Position numbers and translations under genes: made by a program. From contig NC_081396.1 in the NCBI RefSeq assembly GCF_030684315.1, positions 372,001 through 436,000 of the forward strand: DNA of 64,000 nucleotides, written 5' to 3'. Below, in pieces: positions 12,517-22,129 of this stretch. Under the pieces are notes generated by a model. That model searched no databases. It worked only from the letters and a program-made list of their open reading frames with translations, and was not told where the DNA came from. The stretch is from Stegostoma tigrinum. Lineage: Eukaryota. The first letter of the stretch is position 1, and every line of letters starts with the position of its first letter.

Positions 12517-13246
12517 AGGTTGTGGCCTTGCTCGCTGAGCTGGCTTGTTTTTGTTCAGCTGTTTCATCGCCATGCAAGGTGACATCAGACGTGGTGCCTC
12601 CGATAAAGTGATGTTATACTCCGCTTGGAATTTATACTGTCCGGTTTGTTATGGTGAGCCCAGTCAGTTCCAGTTTTCATCTGTGTGGACTTACATATGG
12701 GTCCAGTTCGATATGTTTGTTGATTGAAGAAAGGGTAGAGAACGATGCCTCTAGGAATTCCCGTATGTGTCTATGTTTGGCTTGGGCTCTGATGGTTACC
12801 TTGTCCCAGTTAAACTGATGGCCTTCATTGTCTGAATGGATTGATATGAAGGAGACGTGCCATTTTACTGCCAGCTGATTTTCATGAACAGCAAAACGGC
12901 ACAACAAACTCTCCTTAATCCATTCAGGCAATGAAGGCCATCAGTTTAACTGGGACAAGGTAACCATAGTAGCCCAAGCCAAACATAGACATGCACAGGA
13001 ATTCCTGGAGGCATGATTCTCCAACCATACTTTAATCAACAAACATATCGAAATGGTCCTCATATACAAACTCATACAGATCAAAACCATAAATGACACT
13101 ACTCACCATAACGGACTGAACAGTATAAATTCCAAGCAGAGCAGAATCACATTGCTTCATCGGAGGCACCACGTCTGATGTCACTTCGAATGGTGATGAA
13201 ACGGCTGAACAAAAACAAGCCAGCTCAGCGAGCAAGACAACAACCT
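12517..13246. mobile_element. Palindromic Penelope-like element remnant in the J-C intron
   Basis: Arms of ~350 bp are inverted copies (aggttgtggccttgctcgctgagc... versus ...gctcagcgagcaagacaacaacct). It encodes a fragment resembling the C-terminus of a Penelope GIY-YIG domain (HQFNWDKVTI...REFLEA...INKHIELDP) and has a degenerate ctgatg...gaaac hammerhead at ~13175-13203. Confidence 0.8.
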
Positions 13247-14200
13247 CCATACCCCTTAATGTCATCAGTCTCCAGAACTGCATTGATTTCTGTCTTGAAC
13301 CTGATGAATGATTGTACTTCCACAGCCCTATGGGTAGAGAATTCCACAAGATTTACTCCCCTCAGAAAGGAGAAATTCCTCCTCATCTCAGTTGTAAATG
13401 ACCAGACTCTGGTCCTAATATTATTGGTCCCCTGGTTCAAGATTCACCAGCCAAGGGAACTGTCCTATTTACATCCACCCTGTCAGCCTCTAGGAATTTT
13501 GTCAGTTCATTAAGATCACCTCACATGCTTAAAACTCCAGAGGATGCAGACCCAGTTTCATCAATCCCTCTTCATGAGACAACCCTGCCATCCCAGGGAT
13601 TAGTCTGGTAAACAATCTTTGCACTGCCCCCATGGCAAACGTATCTTTCCTCGATAAGGGGACCAGAACTGTGTACAGTGCTCCGGGCATGGTCTTACGA
13701 AGGCCAGAGACAACTGCAGCAAGACATCTTTACAGTCATACTCAAATCCCTTTGAAATTAATGCCAACATACCGTTTCCTTTCTTAGCTATACCCAACCG
13801 CTAGGTTTGAGTGACTCATGGACAAGGGCACCCAGATCTCTTTGGACACTTGCACCTCCAAATCACACCTCCTGTTTTTTTTAAATCAAAGTGAATAACT
13901 TCAGACTCCTCTCTTCTATCAGCCCAGTTCTAGCCTATTTACAAAGCCAGTCCAAATCTTACTGAAGTCTGTTTGCACCCGCCTCACAAATCATGCTCCC
14001 AGCCAGTTTGATGTCATCAGAAAATATGCAGATATTCACATTGGTTCACACATCTACATCATTTATATGGATTGCAAGCAGTTGTGGAACTAGCATTGAC
14101 CCTTTTATCACCCCAGTAGTAACAGCCATCCTGAGAATGATCCATTTATTCCAACTCCCTGCCTCTGCCCAGTGACCGATTCTCTAATCATACTTGTATA
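13247..14200 (-). mobile_element. CR1 LINE 3' fragment
   Basis: KKGNGMLALISKGFEYDCKDVLLQL...EHCTQFWSP and SFTTEMRRNFSF are degenerate CR1 ORF2 C-terminal motifs. Confidence 0.8.
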
Positions 14201-16870
14201 TTTCCCCCAAATCTAATCTATTATCTCCAGTGTGGGAACTTCTCACATGTCTTCTGAAAATCCAGAAGCTACATGCATTGGTCCCACTCTGTCCATGCGA
14301 CAAGTACCAGTGTATGGTAACTCTTTGGTGAGACTAATCACACAATCTCACCACCCTGATACTGCCAGAGGGCTGTCAAATGTTTTCCTTTCAATATCAA
14401 TACTATTTCATTTTGATTTTGAATCTGATCCTCCTGTCCCTTCGGGCAGAATATAACAGATCACAAGAATGCCCTGGGTAAATGATGTTGCCATAAATTT
14501 TACCCTGAATTATTCTCTCTCAAAATTTCCTCAGACATGCCATCGGGCTGACTGGACTGTAATATGTCAGTAATATTCCTGCTTTTAATTCCCTCCCTTA
14601 TATCCTCCAGCCACTTTCTCAATGTCATTCAGAATTTTAAATACCCTTTCCCATCACTGATGTAATCAAATTACAAGCTTCTAGATCCTCAATAGTTGAA
14701 GTAGAGAGATTTGAAATGTCTTTCAATGTTAACAGGAGCTCACGCCGTACGCTGTAATGGCCCTCATCCAGTATATTACAGTCCGATATCAACATCCTTC
14801 TGCAGACATCATCCCCTCACACTGAACTGATCCTTTCAACATCTTTCAAAATGTTCCAGCTTTAACCCCATTGATGGGTGGTGGGACTGTCGACTGGAAT
14901 TGTGGGACACAGAGGGTGAGAAAGTTGAAAGATAAAGTCTGATGACTGAAATCAGGGGAAGAGAAGGAGAGACCAAAGAAAAAAGAAAGAACTGACAAAA
15001 AACGAAGAAAAGATAGTGGAAGACAAAAGGAAAGATGAGAAAGGAAGGAGAGTGCACCCAGTGAGCAAATTCAGACAAGAGGCTGAACAAGAACAACTGC
15101 AGATACACATCTAGAATCACCCAACTACAAGAAATATTTGTCCAGTGTTTTATGTCTTCCTGGTGAGGAAGAATGAGAATTGGAATCACACAGACTGAGG
15201 TGTGACACTCCAGTAAAATTGACTCCGAGCTCACTCAGTGTTTGTGATCAGGGATGTTCCCACCACACAGTCCATGTTACAATCAAACACTGCAGCCAAG
15301 AAACTGTTCACAGTGGGCGAAGGAAACCTGAGGTGATTGCCACCCTGTTCCACACTGTGCCCAGCATTCAATTCCGGATCAGTCCCTGGAATTCAGGCTC
15401 AGGCAGTGGGCAGGACGAGTGGCAGGTCCGAGAACTGCCTGTTTTGTCTCACTCACTGGGAGGAATTTCTAAGCCAGTGATCCCAGGGAGATAGAGGAGG
15501 TGCAATGAATGTTTACTGTGTGCTTCTTGTAAAAATAATCTTTTTTGCTAAAAAATGTCAACATGTCCTCAGGAGGACATGTTGAAATCGTCATTGTCCT
15601 TCCTGTTTATTTTGTTAATGATGTTATTAAAACAAATCTATTTCAAATAAATGTGAAAAAACTCATCTTAAAAAGCACACGGCAGAATATTATAGTTCTC
15701 ATGAATAATCAGAGAATCAGGTTCCTTCACAAAACTCTCCATCCCATCCAGGAAGCTTGTGAAATGTCAATTGATATCAAATGGATCATAACCCTGCCAC
15801 TGAGAAAGGATCGTGCCCTTCCTTTCCAATATGTCTAACTTATATTTCAGGGATCAGACCAACTAAAAGAGCACAGTGGTCAGAGCTGGCTGAATATTAA
15901 ACCTTGTTCCACTAACCCTGTAACAATAAATCATATTCCTGCCCTACGGAATTCCACTCATGGTGAGATTTATGCATCGACCAGTTCATTTATTAGTCTG
16001 AAGTACCTTTGTTGAATGCTTTAATCCAATAATTGTAAATATAGAAACAGTGAACCAAAACATCTAATATCAACAAAAAAAAAATTGATCCCATGCTGTT
16101 ATTGCACAAGAATGATTTCAACCAAACAGAAACTCTTGCAGTTCTCAACCCTTCAATGTGGGTCCAGTTAGAGATGAGATTTCAGAGTGAGAGATGGCTT
16201 GAAGTCTCACAGATAATTGAACAATTAATATCAAAACACGCATGTCAATGAGACTCAACTTTATTCCACACATAGCCAGCTTTCTGTCTTCCAGTGAATT
16301 CTCTGGACATATGCTGTAAACATGTTGGGCTGAGTTACTTTAAATATAAAGTAATCCCTGTGTCTCACTCTGTCCAAATCATTTCTGTTTGTTTGCAAAA
16401 TTATCAAGTAAAATCTGGAACCTATTATTCTTAAAACTGTTCAACAAGGTATGAACTACATTAGCAGAAAATGTAAACAACTATGACACCAATGACTGAA
16501 TCACAAAACAATTGAATCATATATTTTAACTCCAATTATAACAAAATCCTTCAAGTATCCTAAAGTCCAAAATCATCAAACCTGCCCAACACAAGTATCC
16601 TGAATAATGTAAACTGGACCAAGCTGAACATATCAAACAGATCCTGGAATCCTGGATTTTCTGGGGTTTAATATGAACAATTGAGAAGAAATCTCATCTC
16701 AGATTTCACTTCCAGTTACTGGGTTTATTCTTGACTCAATAGAAATTCACCACTCTAGGATGGAATCATGTAACTGTCTGAAATATCTCACTGATTTTAC
16801 TGAATTATCAAAAACACAAATTAAATACAATGTACAGTAGAAAAGAGTAGAATTGAGAAGGTTGTCTTAC

Positions 16871-16913
16871 CTGAAGTCACTTCCAGAAAGGTTCCGCTGC
16901 CCCAGTAGTCCAG
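16871..16913 (-). CDS. IgW: IgW JH segment
   Basis: LDYWGSGTFLEVTS (WGxG motif), followed by donor TCA G|GTAAG in phase with CH1. Confidence 0.95.
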
Positions 16914-16952
16914 CACTGTGCTCTGTCTCTTTATTCACCCAATACAATAACT
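16914..16952 (+). promoter_or_regulatory. J 23-RSS
   Basis: Heptamer CACTGTG (16914-20), 23-bp spacer, nonamer ACAATAACT (16944-52). Confidence 0.9.
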
Positions 16953-17272
16953 GACCCTGAGCACCGTATATAATAATCCCCAGGGAATGTAAATATAGAC
17001 TGTGTTGGCACCTGGAGCAGCAACTTCCTGTATTTTCATTTGAAATTCCATCTTAATCCTGTCCCAAATGTATCCAATAATGTTTTCACATTTTTCCTGT
17101 TTGTTGACACCAGATCCTGCAGGTTACCCAGAAACAGAATTGCCTCCTTTTTGCCTTTTATTCTCCCAGAAATCAACATTTTCCCTGACAATCTGAGCCA
17201 GTGTCTAGATATTTCACTCTGGGAAACAGGAATGGGAAATCCATGGATATACATGGTCATTAGGAACGGGGC

Positions 17273-17300
17273 TGTTTATGTCAAGCTTTGTGCTGCTGTG
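17273..17300 (-). promoter_or_regulatory. D2 3' 12-RSS
   Basis: Heptamer CACAGCA (17300-17294), 12-bp spacer, nonamer ACATAAACA (17281-17273). Confidence 0.85.
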
Positions 17301-17313
17301 GTGCTGTATCCAT
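17301..17313 (-). CDS. IgW: IgW D2 segment (ATGGATACAGCAC)
   Basis: 13-nt core flanked by two 12-RSSs, the arrangement known for shark IgH D2. Confidence 0.85.
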
Positions 17314-17341
17314 CACAATGCTTCATCCGAGATCAGAAACA
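17314..17341 (+). promoter_or_regulatory. D2 5' 12-RSS
   Basis: Heptamer CACAATG (17314-20), 12-bp spacer, nonamer TCAGAAACA (17333-41). Confidence 0.85.
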
Positions 17342-17681
17342 ACAGCTGTAGGATCCAGCCTGAAATCAAACATCCCAGACAAACAGCTGGCTACTTCATG
17401 AACTCCCCGCTCTGTATCTGTGTGTCTCCCACACACCAGGAGTCAATGCTGGGGTTTTCAGTACTGTGCAGGAAGATGAGACAAGTCCACAAAAACTTTT
17501 ATTTTTTCATCATTGTTCTTCTGTTCATCACTGCTCTTTTCATCTTTCAAGTAATAGCTTCATGGCAAGTTCTTCCTACATCCAGGTTATTGAATCGGAA
17601 TCTGATTTATATCCACTGCTCTGGAGCTGAAGGCCAGTGAGAGCACCCAGTGAGTGCAGTTTTAATTGTTTTCCTGTGCTC

Positions 17682-17720
17682 GGTTTTTGAATGGAGAGGG
17701 TTCCCATTTCTCTCACTGTG
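17682..17720 (-). promoter_or_regulatory. D1 3' 23-RSS
   Basis: Heptamer CACAGTG (17720-17714), 23-bp spacer, nonamer TCAAAAACC (17690-17682); close to consensus. Confidence 0.92.
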
Positions 17721-17735
17721 ACCCAGCCGTATACA
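17721..17735 (-). CDS. IgW: IgW D1 segment (TGTATACGGCTGGGT)
   Basis: 15-nt core between a 5' 12-RSS and a 3' 23-RSS. The 5' boundary depends on a non-consensus heptamer. Confidence 0.82.
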
Positions 17736-17763
17736 CACCGCGATGGAGAGCTCTACATGAATC
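17736..17763 (+). promoter_or_regulatory. D1 5' 12-RSS (divergent)
   Basis: Heptamer CACCGCG (17736-42), 12-bp spacer, nonamer ACATGAATC (17755-63). Confidence 0.7.
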
Positions 17764-18076
17764 TCCTCCACTTTCCCTGTCACGAAATACAGTCACTTCA
17801 CATTTAAACTGATCGCACTGACGCTGCTCCAAGTGAGCAATGCTGCTCTGAGCCTCCCTGCCCGGGGATGCCCTCTCCTGTTTCAGTCCAGAGAAATCTT
17901 TGTTCACGTCCCGACATCCTCTTCCCATCGTGTCGCCAGCGGCAGGAATCCTCTGTGAATAATCACATTTCCCTATTCACTGGAAAGCCAGGAAGGGAAT
18001 GAAGCTTTGCTGATAGCTGGGGCTGCGTGATCATTTCTTCCCTTTCACTGATTCCCCTGACGATATTCGCTCAGTG

Positions 18077-18115
18077 AGATTTTGTGCCAGTCCAGCCTCA
18101 CATCCTCTCACTGTG
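18077..18115 (-). promoter_or_regulatory. V 23-RSS
   Basis: Heptamer CACAGTG (18115-18109), 23-bp spacer, nonamer ACAAAATCT (18085-18077). Confidence 0.95.
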
Positions 18116-18414
18116 TCTCGCACAGTAATAGATGGCAGTGTCGTCCATTCTCAGTTCGCTGATGGTCAGGTAGGCGACTGTGGTGGAGCCTCTTGAAGGG
18201 ACGAATCTGCCTTGAATTCCAGGCGCGTAATCACTCCTGCCACCCTGCTTGTAATTGAGTAACCATTCCAGGCCTTTCCCGGGGACCTGTCTTACCCAGT
18301 GCATCCAGTAGCCATCCAGGCTGAACCCACTCACTGTACAGGTCAGTCTGTGAGACTCCCCCGGCTTTTTCACAACTGACTCGGGCTGGTTCAGCACGAT
18401 CTCAGACCGGACAC
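18116..18414 (-). CDS. IgW: IgW VH exon (germline, open)
   Basis: Acceptor ttcacAG|GT. Translation (G)VRSEIVLNQPESVVKKPGESHRLTCTVSGFSLDGYWMHWVRQVPGKGLEWL...MDDTAIYYCAR has an IgW-type FR1 and all hallmark C/W/C residues. Confidence 0.96.
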
Positions 18415-18534
18415 CTGTGAATAAAAGAGAAACAGAAGAGAGCTCACTTTAATAAACCAGTCAGATAAACAGAGTCACAGAATGTGGGAAGAAGCGGCCT
18501 CACTGTGCGGGGAGAAAGCCTCGGGAGCTCTCAC

Positions 18535-18580
18535 CTGTCAGACAGAGCAGGAGGACGCAGAGATAAGGAAGAATCCCCAT
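18535..18580 (-). CDS. IgW: IgW V leader (signal peptide) exon
   Basis: ATG at 18580; MGILPYLCVLLLCLT(G); donor ACA G|GTGAG; 120-bp intron to the V exon. Confidence 0.93.
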
Positions 18581-18659
18581 CGCTGTGTGGAAGCAGAGGC
18601 AGAGTCAGACACTCCAGAAATCCAGCTACTTCAGGGCGCCTTTATCTGGAGCTGGAGTC

Positions 18660-18810
18660 AGTGCTGTTTAAATAGGGGAGTGAAGTGAGCGAGGGTCCCA
18701 CAAGTTCAACAGCAGCTCCACCCACTGAAACCAGAAACACAGTTTCCTGTCCCCGCCTCCAGCACAGATTTCAATTCTCTGCCAGTTAGAAATTTATGCA
18801 ACAGGTGATC
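18660..18810 (-). promoter_or_regulatory. IgW VH promoter
   Basis: TATTTAAA (18674-18667) ~90 bp upstream of the ATG, ETS-like ACAGGAAA (~18750-18743), GC box (18751-57), E-box CAGGTG (18802-07). No canonical octamer. Confidence 0.6.
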
Positions 18811-18929
18811 AGCAGCAATAATCAGATTAAAGATCCTGCCACAGTTTGTCCTGTTTCTTTATTTCAAAAATAAAGTGCTTGTGAACAGCAAAGAAACTGA
18901 GAGATTCCAGTCAGTGTGCAGATATCTCC

Positions 18930-18931
<2 letters not shown>

Positions 18932-19004
<73 letters not shown>
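18932..19004. repeat. (GA)36 microsatellite
   Basis: Pure GA dinucleotide run. Confidence 0.98.
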
Positions 19005-19008
<4 letters not shown>

Positions 19009-20139
19009 AGATGACAGGCGACAGAAAGAGACACCAGTTGGTGTGCAGATATCTCCTTCAAGAAACTTGGCACCATCCAGGACAAAGCAGCTGGGTTGTG
19101 TGGCCCCTATCCAGTACCATCAATATTCAACACCTCTACAGTGGTAGCAGTATGAACAACCTACACGGTGGAATGCAGCAACTCACCAAAGCTCATTCAT
19201 CAGCCCCTTCCAAACCCACAACCTCTACCGGACTGAAGGACAGGGGCAGCTTGTGTATGGGATCACCACCACGTGCAGGTTCTCCGACAACACACCATCC
19301 TGACTTGGAACGACATCGCTGTTCCTTCATCATTACTGAGTCAAAATACTGGAATTGTCTCCCTGACAGCTGCAGCTACATGTCCCCCCCAACCCCGCCA
19401 CCAACCCCCGAAGCAGTTTAAAAAGGTAGATCACCCCAGTTTCTCAAGGGCATTTACAGATGAAAAATAGCCCAACCGCTCATGTCCACATTCTGTGACC
19501 AAGCAGTAAAATATGGAATAATCATCACAAAGTGTCTTTCCTGGGGTTGAAGCAAGAAGTGTTACGTTTCTGGGCATTGGGAAAGACATCATTCCCCATG
19601 ACATTAAAATAATGCTTTTTTGATATCAGTTTGAGAGGGGCAGGTGGATAGATGCTGAGCTTTCAGGAACAGAACACAGACACTACTATAGCAGTGGGGA
19701 ATTTGGACACTGACAGCTGCTTAGCCAGACAGACAGGCCAGTGATATAGGAAATACAATTCTGGGCACTCTACCCCAGGAAGAAGGTGGACATCACAGAA
19801 AAGGATCAGAGGAGGGTGAACAGAAATGAAGGACTTCAGTTATGATGCAGTTGGAAATGTTTGGACAATGCTTTGAAATCTCCTTCAACCTCTCCCTCTC
19901 TTCCTCCTCCTTTAAAATTCGCTGTAGAACACAACTCTTTGGTCAAACCTTTGGCCATCTGTCTGATATCTCCAATTGAGGCCTTGTGTCAAATTACATT
20001 TCATATCCCTCCCATGAAATGCCTTGGAATGGTTTTCAATACTGAACGTGTCATATAAATACAAGTTGCCAAGATGGTTACGATCTAACCATTTAGCTGG
20101 TGAGAAGTTTCAGGACAGATTGAGATGAAGTATTTTCTC

Positions 20140-20530
20140 GGGTGAGTGGGTCAGTGACATGTGGACATAGGAAGCTTGTTATGAAAGCAGACAGAATAGT
20201 AAAGATTGGGTGGATATTAGAATCAGGCGAAGGACACCGAGTCATTGATAAAGTAAAAGAAATCCAAAAAAGATTGGAAATGAGGAACAAACAGAATGAT
20301 ATTGCAAAAGCCAGAGAAGAATGTAAGAAGGAACAAATTAATGAGAGTAAACATGGGTTCCCAAGAGACAGAAACAGAGGAAATCCCAACAGGGAACGAG
20401 GAATGGGCAGAGATATTAAAGAAGACCCCAAAACATTCCTGAAGGAGGAGAGGATCAAGGATCTGGGTGAAATTGAGGAACTGTGGGACATTCTGCAGAA
20501 TGAAGTCGTACTGGAGAGAATAGTGTGACA
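20140..20530 (+). mobile_element. Degenerate CR1 ORF2 fragment
   Basis: REECKKEQI...MGRDIKEDPKTF resembles the CR1 linker between endonuclease and RT (IKENPKAF). Confidence 0.5.
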
Positions 20531-21952
20531 GCATCAGAATCTATGATTGGGGATGTAGTGACAGTATATTGTCACTGAATCTGAATCTGAAAGGGAATCT
20601 ATGGCAGGTTTGGATCATAATGAAGGAGAAAGGACAATGGCAAAATGCCAATCGACACTAGTCCGTTCCCAGTAACAGGAGAATTTGCACCATAACAATA
20701 CCACAAAGTGTATCAGTAAATATCCTGCAGCAGTCACACCAACAGATGCCTGAACAATTTACTGACACCAGTAACACAGTCTAAAGTATTAATACTGTAC
20801 CTGCATCAGGAACAGCACCGAGTTTCCCTGTATATACCATCACCAGATGTATTCGTACTGAGCCTGCATCAGTAACCGGACTGAATGTCATTGTGTCACC
20901 CTCACCAGGAACGCTTTCTGAACTATTAGTAAACAGCAGGAAAAAAAAAATCAATCTCTCTATCTATATCCTTATCCTGTGCTTTCTATGTATTTATTAA
21001 TAGGAATGCATATACATTATATTGCTATATGTTTATTTTTACATCGATAAATATATTCAAAATATATGTGGCTCCTTAAAGTTAATTATGAAGTTGAACA
21101 TTTGCAGTTTCAGCTCTCCAGGTGAATGGCCTGTACTTGATTCTGATAATGCAGAGTTAAGCAGTGAATGAGACCGGGGCGATCATCCACATTTTACTGA
21201 TCACCCCCTCCCCCTGTACCCAACAATCCCAGCTCCAGCCCAAAAACCCACCCAACACAGGTCAGTGGGTTGCACACAGAACCAGTCCACTGCTACACTC
21301 GAGATAAACAGCGGAAATGTTTTTTTAGACTGAGTCCTTATCAGCAACAAGCAGCGTTACACACCCAAAAGTAACCTCACCCCATCAGCAATGATTGATG
21401 GAAACTGCATTCGAAATGTTTCACTGGCTGTGACAGCTCCACTTGCAGCAAATTGTTTCTGCTCAGATCGCTGCCCAGCCTTGCATGGCCCTCTCCTGTG
21501 TTTTCCCTCGTGTTGTCTCCTTCACTGTTGCCCCTCAAACCTCACTCAGTAAGACTGGGTTGTGAAGTCTCACTGAAACAATACTGACCTTGACTGACTG
21601 GTCACTGATGGGATTGAAGGCGTGCGGTGAATTTGTTCAGTGACCTCTCTTTCCCAAAGGTTCACACATACTGGACAGTCTCCCTGACAGGGACACAGTG
21701 GCAGAGGGGTTCTGTCACTGTACTCTCAATCCAGAACTAGGGTTCACAAATCCCACCACTTTGAATGTTGGAAATCCATTTCATAATGTCGACATTTAAA
21801 AATAAACTGGCAGCAACCAAGTCATGAATGTCTTTCCGGAAGAAATCCTGGAGTCCTTTCCAGGTCTGCCCATCGATGAGAAGCAGGTTCTGTTTCAGAG
21901 AATCAATACTACAGGGGACAGAATGGATTCTGGAAGGGTGGAGGATCCAGGC

Positions 21953-22129
21953 ACAGGCAGCATCAGAGGAGCCTGAAAGCTGACATTTTGGGTCTGGGCC
22001 CTTCGTCAGAAATGGCCCAGACCTGAAATGTCAGTTTCCTGCTCCTCCGCTGTCACCTGGCCTACTGTGTTCCTCCAGCTCCACACCTGATTATCTTGGA
22101 CTCCGGCATCGGCAGTTCCGACTTTCTCT
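21953..22129. mobile_element. Short hairpin-form Penelope pseudo-LTR insertion
   Basis: Inverted arms gctgacattttgggtctgggcc and ggcccagacctgaaatgtcag, flanked by TSD gaggatccaggc (21941-52, 22130-41), with a degenerate hammerhead on the minus strand. Confidence 0.75.

Noticed and set aside
9543-16870. Mammalian-type switch region in the J-C intron
   Set aside because: No tandem G-rich or AGCT-rich repeat array. The purine-rich patch at ~14940-15100 is short low-complexity sequence.
18121-18127. Cryptic heptamer TACTGTG in V FR3 (VH-replacement type), and an orphan CACAGTG in the leader intron (18501-07)
   Set aside because: The first is explained by the YYCA codons. Neither has a nonamer, and there is no upstream donor V in the window.
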